IMG/VR virus record: IMGVR_UViG_3300034069_001746
DNA from: a virus
Length of the DNA: 64,000 bases
Strand: one strand, 5' to 3'
Numbering within the stretch: position 1 is the stretch's first letter; every line of letters starts with the position of its first letter. The notes below the pieces were generated by a model. It saw only the letters and a program-made list of their open reading frames with translations. It searched no databases and was not told the DNA's origin. Positions 57,556 through 64,000 of this stretch are shown here, piece after piece. Made by a program: the position numbers and the translations under genes.

Positions 57556-58035
57556 ATGGCGCATTTGATGATTGAAGTCGGCAAGACCTACTTGTCAAGG
57601 AACAGCAAGGTTGTAAAGATCACCAAGGAAAGGAGTTTAGCGCGGTACAAGTTTCAAGGTGATAATGGTCTTCCTTATACCAAATACGGAAAGTCTCGTT
57701 ATCCAGGTGATGACTTGGTTATGACCAAAGCAGAGGCCGACAAGATTAATAAAAAGGCAGCTGCTGTTACACAGCCTCCCGCTGATTCTCCAGTGCGTAA
57801 GCCTCGGGTAAAGAAGAGTGAGGGTGTTCTTCCCATCGACGAACTACGCCCACCGATGCCGCCTGTTGCTCCTCCTTCTACTCAAAAGACAGTCAAGGTC
57901 AATCCGGATCTCACCCACGTCACTCTTAATCTAGATAAACGACAAACACCCCTGAAGATCGACATCAATCAAAACGGTCGCATCACAACAATCATAATCC
58001 CGTCTGATTACGACTCTCCCCTCGTCCAGTCATAA
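57556..58035 (+). CDS. LEVGKxY-domain protein with Pro-rich linker
   Basis: IEVGKTYLSRNSKVVKI. Confidence 0.7.
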   Translation: MAHLMIEVGKTYLSRNSKVVKITKERSLARYKFQGDNGLPYTKYGKSRYPGDDLVMTKAEADKINKKAAAVTQPPADSPVRKPRVKKSEGVLPIDELRPPMPPVAPPSTQKTVKVNPDLTHVTLNLDKRQTPLKIDINQNGRITTIIIPSDYDSPLVQS

Positions 58036-58120
58036 CGGATTGGATGATCGAGATGTTGCAAACTTTGTTGATTAAAATTCTTTCGGCTATTAGTCATCCG
58101 CGTAAGTAAAGGAGTAGGTA

Positions 58121-58474
58121 ATGCCTCATCTTTCTGTTTATGTTGATCCGCGTACCTTTGCTATCCTTGAACGGGAGAGCATGGTAAGCGGGTTGAGTGT
58201 GGAACAGCTGGCTGCAAAGGCTGTGGAGAGTTCAGCTATTGCTACTCTTCCAGGAGGTCATCACTATCCTGCTGGATTCAATGGTGATCATTGGCCGCGA
58301 GATCACGAAGTGGATTTGGGTGGCGTTAGTATCGGTCTGCGTGAGAATCATGACGGATCGATGTCAGTTACCCCGTGGAACCAACCTTCAGCAAGACTGA
58401 CTAATGGTGGTGTTGGGGTTCCAGGCTTTGACTCGTTTAATCCTGATAATCTAGTATTCAGGGTTACTCCTTAG
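58121..58474 (+). CDS. early hypothetical protein (possible N-terminal ribbon-helix-helix)
   Basis: LSVYVD....AILERES...GLSVEQLAAKAVE. Confidence 0.6.
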   Translation: MPHLSVYVDPRTFAILERESMVSGLSVEQLAAKAVESSAIATLPGGHHYPAGFNGDHWPRDHEVDLGGVSIGLRENHDGSMSVTPWNQPSARLTNGGVGVPGFDSFNPDNLVFRVTP

Positions 58475-58486
58475 AGGATATTTTGA

Positions 58487-58696
58487 ATGTCTCGGGCAAT
58501 GTCAGATCTGGAGATAACCGCAAGACGGCAGCTTGAGCTAGAAGAAGAAATTCTTAAGCATTGGCCTGGAAGTGAGTATCAACAGTCAAGAGACTATATC
58601 AACCAGGAGAAACGAATACGCGTATTAAAGCGGATTGTGTATAGATTTGATCACCCGGATGATGGTGATTCGATCTTCTATCCGAATGAACGCTAA
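58487..58696 (+). CDS. early hypothetical protein
   Basis: GAGGA RBS. Confidence 0.65.
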   Translation: MSRAMSDLEITARRQLELEEEILKHWPGSEYQQSRDYINQEKRIRVLKRIVYRFDHPDDGDSIFYPNER

Positions 58697-58718
58697 CTGA
58701 CTCAATCAGGATAGACTT

Positions 58719-59009
58719 ATGATTCCAGAGAGTTATTATCCTGAGTTTGACTTTGACCATCTTGGTATTAAGTTGATCATGACGTGTCGATCGCATCCTG
58801 AGCAATATGATGCTTATAGTGGTCAAGGTCACAAAGTAGGTTATATCCGTCTTCGCTATGGTAAGTTCACGGTTGATGTTCCTTTTGGAACCATCGTTTA
58901 TGTTCACCAATTTGAAGACGATATGAAAGGAGAATTTGATACTCCAGAAGAACGCGAGCTTTATCTAAAAGATGCTTGCGGTACCCTCAAACACTTGTTG
59001 AAAAAATAA
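58719..59009 (+). CDS. hypothetical phage protein
   Basis: TC.SHPEQYD...VGYIRLRYG.F motif. Confidence 0.7.
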   Translation: MIPESYYPEFDFDHLGIKLIMTCRSHPEQYDAYSGQGHKVGYIRLRYGKFTVDVPFGTIVYVHQFEDDMKGEFDTPEERELYLKDACGTLKHLLKK

Positions 59010-59025
59010 CTAGGAGATTGTTTTT

Positions 59026-59220
59026 ATGCAGCATCAATTTGAAACTAATTCTTACAACTCAACACGGCTTTACGTCGAAGATAACAATGCCACCACTTTT
59101 GATGGCGTTAACTCGGTAGTCAAGCTTAGTATTGATAACAAAGAACCAATCGAGTTAGACGTTGATAAGGTCAAAGAACTTATTGACGTCCTGAATTTTG
59201 TTATTCGCAACAAGTCATAA
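59026..59220 (+). CDS. early hypothetical protein
   Basis: AGGAG RBS. Confidence 0.65.
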   Translation: MQHQFETNSYNSTRLYVEDNNATTFDGVNSVVKLSIDNKEPIELDVDKVKELIDVLNFVIRNKS

Positions 59221-59239
59221 ATCAAGAAAGGAATTCATC

Positions 59240-59392
59240 ATGCTTTCTCTTATCACTCGTACCGTAGGCGTGTTGGTAGTCGTTGGACTGGCGGTCGTAG
59301 GAGCTGATAGTGTTCTTACCCGCATTCAGATGTGGAAGGACGGTTACGACGCTCATCGTGAGGCTCACCGTGGTTACCCGAGGGCTGCATGA
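59240..59392 (+). CDS. small single-TM protein
   Basis: ATG 59240 with AAGGA RBS; VGVLVVVGLAVVGA. Confidence 0.6.
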   Translation: MLSLITRTVGVLVVVGLAVVGADSVLTRIQMWKDGYDAHREAHRGYPRAA

Positions 59393-59748
59393 AGACATTC
59401 ATCTTCGGCCTTTTGGCCCTGGTGTTTGCGGGTATTACCGCTAATGTAGGACTATTGTGGGACAACCAACACAATCCGATTTTCTTTATCCTAATAGTCA
59501 TTACGGTCATGCTGTCGGCAAGCTACATCACGCTTATCTTTCGGCATAGGTATCATCTTGTCCTGGAGGAAGGCAAGACCTATCAACGGCGTGATGGGCG
59601 CTTGGTGATCGTACGACGAACCAGCCGGGTACATCCTCAAATTGTTACCCCCAAATATCCGTTTGTGTCGCGGGATGGCTATCAATATCACGCGAACGGT
59701 AAAAGTGCCGCGAACCGTAAATTCGATCTGATGATGATCGTTGACTGA
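59389..59748 (+). CDS. two-TM protein with C-terminal LEVGKxY-type domain
   Basis: Two hydrophobic segments then LEEGKTYQRRDGRLVIV. Confidence 0.7.
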   Translation: MKTFIFGLLALVFAGITANVGLLWDNQHNPIFFILIVITVMLSASYITLIFRHRYHLVLEEGKTYQRRDGRLVIVRRTSRVHPQIVTPKYPFVSRDGYQYHANGKSAANRKFDLMMIVD

Positions 59749-59835
59749 TCATTACTTTTATTTTGACTGCATGTTTTTAACCAAGGAACGTGCAGTCACT
59801 AAAGAAGTAAGTGTAGCCTTTAAAGGAGAATAACG

Positions 59836-60117
59836 ATGCGTAAGTTGGAGATCACGGAGATTGACTCGGACTGTTATCTCGTGGAAACGACGGACTTCCA
59901 GAACGATGAGATCGAGTATCATTGGGACAGCACGACCCGTTCGTTCTACGCTCAGAACAAGCGCACGTTCAAGCGTGTGACGCTTGACTATGGCACGTAC
60001 AACACCATCGGTCTCGCCATCGACTTCATCATGAAGACCGAGCGCGAACAGCGTGATGCTCATCATCTAGCCATCGTCTTGACGATGGCTGATCGTCGCA
60101 GTAGAATATCAGCATAG
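59836..60117 (+). CDS. early hypothetical protein
   Basis: AAGGAG RBS. Confidence 0.7.
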   Translation: MRKLEITEIDSDCYLVETTDFQNDEIEYHWDSTTRSFYAQNKRTFKRVTLDYGTYNTIGLAIDFIMKTEREQRDAHHLAIVLTMADRRSRISA

Positions 60118-60152
60118 GGCTGATATTTCTATCTCACAAGGAGTGTTTTACC

Positions 60153-60695
60153 ATGACCAACAACAAGTTCATTGACATCAATCCCGTGGATCACCCCGTT
60201 GGTACCAAGTTGAAGGTGCAGTATCGTGGGCTGTCCGAGCGGTATGAGGTCACCATTACCGACTGGCCCGGCATCACGGGTAAGGTGGTGAAGTTCTCGA
60301 ATCTCCATATCGGCATGTCGGGTGTCCTGCGGCTCGACCAGATCGAGGTGTTGGAGGTTATTCAGAAGGCTCAGGAAGCGTCGCTCGGTGACATCCTTTC
60401 TTTGGCGCTCGAAGCCAGGCGCGGAAGCGAGGTGGAGGATCCCAAGAAGGAGATTGACACTCTCTTGGGGGACGTTCCGCGGTATTTCAAGGAGACCCGT
60501 CGCCTCGACTCCAGCATCAATATCGAGCGCATCAAGCGGTATCGTGAACTGCATCAGTGTTCCTTGACCGAGGCTAAGCTGAAGGTCGAGGTGATGATGC
60601 TCATCGAGATGCTCAATGAAGCCGTTGATATGACCGACGTCCGTACGATCCGTCAGTGGGCGATGAACCGCCTCTACGTGCCGCTCGCGGTGTAG
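60153..60695 (+). CDS. PxGT-domain protein with C-terminal ribosomal L7/L12-CTD-like motif
   Basis: HPVGTKLKV; INIERIKRYRELHQCSLTEAKLKVE. Confidence 0.65.
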   Translation: MTNNKFIDINPVDHPVGTKLKVQYRGLSERYEVTITDWPGITGKVVKFSNLHIGMSGVLRLDQIEVLEVIQKAQEASLGDILSLALEARRGSEVEDPKKEIDTLLGDVPRYFKETRRLDSSINIERIKRYRELHQCSLTEAKLKVEVMMLIEMLNEAVDMTDVRTIRQWAMNRLYVPLAV

Positions 60696-60699
60696 CTTA

Positions 60700-60748
60700 C
60701 GCTTTCATTCTAACTCCATGGTCAGAGCATGGAGTTATTAAGACAGTG
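60700..60748 (+). repeat. GUCAGAG-loop structured element, copy 3
   Basis: CGCTTTCATTC-TAACTCCATG-GTCAGAG-CATGGAGTTA-TTAAGACAGTG. Confidence 0.8.
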
Positions 60749-60767
60749 TTTATTAAAGGAATAAATC

Positions 60768-61397
60768 ATGAGTCGTCAAAAGTTTGTGATTGCTGATACG
60801 CATTTCAGCCAAGCATCGATGTGTGCGTTTGCCAACGACGATGGATCATCCCTGCGCCCGTGGGGTCGCCCGGTTGCTAACTGGAAAGAGATGAGCGAAG
60901 AAGAGCGTCTCGATCTCAAGCCTGAATTCGAGCGCTATGCCGCTGAAATGGATGAAGCCATGGTTGACAATTGGAACAAAGTAGTTCCCAAGGAAGGGGC
61001 GACAGTGTACCATCTGGGCGATGTCGCCATGAAGGAAAAGCAACTTCCTATCCTTAATCGCCTTCATGGCAAAAAGAAGTTGATTTTGGGTAATCACGAT
61101 ATCTTCTCTGCCAAGGTGTATCTGCAATATTTCTACGATGTTCAGGCATGTAAGGTAGGTGATGGGATTATCATGACCCATATTCCGATTCATGGAGATT
61201 CCATCAAACAGCGCTGGAAGGCAAACGTCCACGGGCATCTTCACGCAGGATGTGTGATGATGGATGACGATAAGAATTGTCGCGTGTTTAATCCTCGCTA
61301 TTTGTGCGTCTCAGTGGAACAGATTGGATATACGCCGCTGTCTTGGGAAGACATGATGAAGCGGATTGATCAGCAACGAGAAGGAGTGGTGAAATGA
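60768..61397 (+). CDS. calcineurin-like metallophosphoesterase
   Basis: IADTHF, YHLGDV, LILGNHD, THIP, NVHGHLH. Confidence 0.88.
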   Translation: MSRQKFVIADTHFSQASMCAFANDDGSSLRPWGRPVANWKEMSEEERLDLKPEFERYAAEMDEAMVDNWNKVVPKEGATVYHLGDVAMKEKQLPILNRLHGKKKLILGNHDIFSAKVYLQYFYDVQACKVGDGIIMTHIPIHGDSIKQRWKANVHGHLHAGCVMMDDDKNCRVFNPRYLCVSVEQIGYTPLSWEDMMKRIDQQREGVVK

Positions 61398-61594
61398 CGA
61401 TCACTGTAAAATGGGCCATTGTCAGTCTTGTGATGGCTGTGACTAGTTTAGGGCTCACCAATGTACTATTGTGGCAGACAGTCGCCTTACATCACTTCAA
61501 TCCTTTACTAGCTTACGCTACATTCGTGACAGGCAGTGTTAGTATCATTGTTGCAATGGGTGTTGTCGGACTTACCTTTATTAACTCAAAATAG
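61394..61594 (+). CDS. small two-TM membrane protein
   Basis: Two hydrophobic segments. Confidence 0.65.
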   Translation: MTITVKWAIVSLVMAVTSLGLTNVLLWQTVALHHFNPLLAYATFVTGSVSIIVAMGVVGLTFINSK

Positions 61595-61608
61595 AAAGGA
61601 TTTTTATC

Positions 61609-61830
61609 ATGAATAAGATTTCTTATTTCTGGAGCAGCGTTGTAACACTGTTTCCGTTGATTCTGTTTGTGCTGATCTTTGTTAGCATTGCAGTTATCTG
61701 TGGGGCGGTGGACTTCTGGCGGGGATCGATTGATCTGTTTATGGTAGAACTTTTCTGTCTCACCATTCCCGCCATGGTGGTAGCTCGGTATATCAAGGCA
61801 TCAAAAGAGGAAGGCTATGAGAATCGTTAA
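61609..61830 (+). CDS. small two-TM membrane protein
   Basis: Two hydrophobic segments; AAGGA RBS. Confidence 0.65.
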   Translation: MNKISYFWSSVVTLFPLILFVLIFVSIAVICGAVDFWRGSIDLFMVELFCLTIPAMVVARYIKASKEEGYENR

Positions 61831-61999
61831 CTACACGCTAGCGGCTATGGTCTTGCTGTTTGTGGGATTGGTGTGCGATTATATCGACTTCACCACTCAT
61901 CGCTATATCTTGACCATTCCAGCTCTTATCTGTTTGTTTCTGGTGGGAGTGTGTCTGGGGAAGATCTCCAACTGGTTTGGTCAGGGAGATAAGTTGTGA
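61817..61999 (+). CDS. small two-TM membrane protein
   Basis: Two hydrophobic segments. Confidence 0.6.
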   Translation: MRIVNYTLAAMVLLFVGLVCDYIDFTTHRYILTIPALICLFLVGVCLGKISNWFGQGDKL

Positions 62000-62154
62000 A
62001 AACCTACACGTATGGAATGATCGCTTTTCTGTCATCTCTAACAGCTATTGTTTTCTATGTTTTATCTAGAAACAACCCGTTCTTCTTGTTTCCAGAATTT
62101 CTGTGCGCTTGTTTGGTTGGTTTCTTTGGCTCAAAAGCCTTGTTCCGAATTTAA
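61996..62154 (+). CDS. small two-TM membrane protein (52 aa), not in ORF track
   Basis: GTGA coupling; GGGAG RBS; MKTYTYGMIAFLSSLTAIVFYVL...FFGSKALFRI. Confidence 0.55.
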   Translation: MKTYTYGMIAFLSSLTAIVFYVLSRNNPFFLFPEFLCACLVGFFGSKALFRI

Positions 62155-62157
62155 ACC

Positions 62158-62559
62158 ATGAAGTTGTTTTTAAGTAGTGATTCCCTTCCTACTCAAGGGG
62201 AATGGGAAGTGGTGCGTAACCATGATGATTTCATCATGACGGTGGTGCTGGCAGAAGGAGCCATTACAACTATCTCGTTTGATCATGATCTGGGCGATGA
62301 TTCAGAAGATGGCTATTGGTGCTTGCGCTGGATGGTGGAAGAAATGACAGGAGATCCCACCTTTCAACTGCCTAAGCTAAAAGAGATCATTATTCATAAC
62401 GCTAACCCTGTTGAGGGTGAAACCATGGCGCGCTATGCTGAAAACGCAAAGCAGCATGTGGATCAGCTAAAAGATGTCAGCATTACTTGGTTAGACAGTA
62501 CTGCTGTAAAAGGACCTACTATCATGCCTGATGATATTAACTGTTCCTCTTGTACTTAA
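62158..62559 (+). CDS. cyclic-phosphate-processing receiver-like (cREC) protein
   Basis: MKLFL..., W.VVRN, ISFDHDLG...DGY, IHNANPV pattern. Confidence 0.7.
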   Translation: MKLFLSSDSLPTQGEWEVVRNHDDFIMTVVLAEGAITTISFDHDLGDDSEDGYWCLRWMVEEMTGDPTFQLPKLKEIIIHNANPVEGETMARYAENAKQHVDQLKDVSITWLDSTAVKGPTIMPDDINCSSCT

Positions 62560-62570
62560 AGGAAAATATA

Positions 62571-63218
62571 ATGCCTTCTACCCTTAACGTAATTGCTCAC
62601 CCTATCGGTACTCGATTAGTCGTTAAAGGCCGCTACGGAGTATGGTATCTGGAAGAAACCCAAGTAAAAGTTCATGCTTGGACTTTTGATGACGCCAGTG
62701 TTCGTCTAGAAAAGCTTAACGGCGCTCCTTTCTTTCCTAACGATGAAAATGCAGCGAGTAAGCTCTGGTTTTATGCAAATGAAATCGAGGTAGTAGCTGT
62801 TCTCCCTTCTATAGAAGGAGCATCAACGATTCCTCCCTTTACGCCAGAAAACTATCCCCCTGGTACCGAGTTAAAGGTTAGCTTTGGGGAAGCACCAGAT
62901 ATTCGCAAGGTTACCGTGGGTGAGTGGAAGCGGGTAGGAGACAAGTTTGAGAATGTTGCCTTGACAATACACAGAGAATCTGAGGAACATTCTTTCTTTT
63001 CTTACCTAGTGAAGGTGCACGAAATTCTCTCAACTGACCAATCAGCTAATTCGAAGGAGCCTGAGAAAAGTAGCTTTGATAAGGTCGAAGCCCATGAAGC
63101 ACTGTTGATGGCTACTCATCCCGATGAGCTACAAAAGGAGTTCTTTAAGCTGACCAATCGTCTCAAGCAGATTGCTGAGTCAATGGGTCTTCGTGTGGAT
63201 ATTACCCTCCACGTTTGA
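62571..63218 (+). CDS. protein with two PxGT beta-domains
   Basis: HPIGTRLVV and YPPGTELKV. Confidence 0.7.
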   Translation: MPSTLNVIAHPIGTRLVVKGRYGVWYLEETQVKVHAWTFDDASVRLEKLNGAPFFPNDENAASKLWFYANEIEVVAVLPSIEGASTIPPFTPENYPPGTELKVSFGEAPDIRKVTVGEWKRVGDKFENVALTIHRESEEHSFFSYLVKVHEILSTDQSANSKEPEKSSFDKVEAHEALLMATHPDELQKEFFKLTNRLKQIAESMGLRVDITLHV

Positions 63219-63241
63219 TTCAATCATCTAGGAGAAACACC

Positions 63242-63517
63242 ATGAGTGACACCCAAGACCTTAACGTGATTATGAACGATCATGATTGGCTTGACATGAA
63301 AATCGGTGATCAAGGACTGATGAGAGGAAAGTCAGATGCCCGTGTCCTTGGTAGTCACACTCTGTTGATTACCTTCCCGTGGGACTGGACATCGATGGTC
63401 ATCGAGATCACCGATGACACCGGTCTCACTCAAGTCTTTCCCACCGGTACTAGCGTGGAGGTAAAGGTCACTCGCACGAAGATGGTCTTAGTTGTATGTC
63501 AGAGGACATCAAGGTAG
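63242..63517 (+). CDS. early hypothetical protein
   Basis: ATG 63242 with AGGAG RBS; FPTGTSVEV. Confidence 0.65.
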   Translation: MSDTQDLNVIMNDHDWLDMKIGDQGLMRGKSDARVLGSHTLLITFPWDWTSMVIEITDDTGLTQVFPTGTSVEVKVTRTKMVLVVCQRTSR

Positions 63518-63543
63518 TGTCTTCTTAAGAAAGGAGAAAAGGT

Positions 63544-63909
63544 ATGTCACGCACCTGGACCTATAGAGGGTTTACCTCAGATACCAACAAGCTCATCGTA
63601 GAAAATGTCAAGGTAGGCACCAGAGTCATCGTCGACCTAGACCTAGAAGGGAAGGTCACGCAAGCGCGAACTGAAGACGTGTTAAAGAACAACGTCCACA
63701 TCGATTTTGTTGCCCAAGAAGATAGTTGGTACGGTGAAGGTCCTACGATTGAGAAGTTTACCTTTTCTGATGGCCGTGTTTGGGAGAGCTATATTCAGGA
63801 AGAACCATGGTCATCAGGTCCAGTGACGTTTATGGCGATGCGAGACTTTACTACCAGAGAACCGATCACAGAAACACTGTGGCCACAAGAACTGATTGAC
63901 GCTGCATGA
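63544..63909 (+). CDS. early hypothetical protein
   Basis: AAGGAG RBS; EEPWSSGP motif. Confidence 0.7.
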   Translation: MSRTWTYRGFTSDTNKLIVENVKVGTRVIVDLDLEGKVTQARTEDVLKNNVHIDFVAQEDSWYGEGPTIEKFTFSDGRVWESYIQEEPWSSGPVTFMAMRDFTTREPITETLWPQELIDAA

Positions 63910-63943
63910 ACTAATAGAAAGAGAAGGTATAAACCCTCTAACA

Positions 63944-63974
63944 ATAAGAGAGGGCCTTATCAGCCCTCTCTTAT
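63944..63974 (+). terminator. intrinsic terminator ending the early block
   Basis: ATAAGAGAGGGC/GCCCTCTCTTAT followed by a long T tract. Confidence 0.8.
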
Positions 63975-64000
63975 CCTCTTCTTTTATTTTTTGTCTGTAA

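Noticed and set aside
63494-63510. Fourth GUCAGAG element
   Set aside because: Inside a coding region, forms only a 5-bp stem with a different loop register, and lacks the conserved flanks.
1-64000. CRISPR array, tRNA or rRNA genes
   Set aside because: No regularly spaced repeat-spacer units and no cloverleaf with a T-loop GTTCRA context were seen; the three hairpin copies are kilobases apart.
1-64000. Stop-codon reassignment
   Set aside because: Long genes are intact under the standard code, and TAA, TAG and TGA all end well-supported genes.

Overview
This window is part of a phiKZ-like jumbo phage genome (Chimalliviridae-type lineage, standard genetic code). 0-3.3 kb holds small accessory ORFs. 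3.4-44.5 kb is a conserved core and virion block: a free-standing HNH-like endonuclease; virion RNA polymerase beta and beta' subunits; a gp181-like tail muramidase/tape-measure protein and its gp182-like neighbour; baseplate and head proteins; a GroEL-like chaperonin; a receiver-less OmpR/CtrA-type DNA-binding protein; a tail-chaperone-like gene pair; the polymerase subunit of a split family-B DNA polymerase; and RNase HI. 45-64 kb is a long, all-plus-strand, GC3-rich early/accessory region of about 50 small genes, preceded by TATATTAC-type early promoters. The most notable sequence-level signals are: (1) three intergenic copies of a hairpin with an invariant GUCAGAG loop, conserved flanks and covarying stems; (2) an unannotated -1 programmed frameshift cassette (U UUU UUU, 6-nt spacer, 13-bp stem) that fuses two genes in lambda G/GT style; (3) a 399-nt ORF-less group I intron directly after the catalytic DHDGD motif of vRNAP beta', which restores a 52-aa C-terminal exon missing from the ORF track; (4) a bipartite early promoter, AGATCAAC-N12-TATATTAC-N5-TGA, followed by a hairpin; (5) expanded paralogous small-domain families. 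No tRNA, rRNA or CRISPR array was seen. Homolog names come from recalled motifs and synteny, not database searches.
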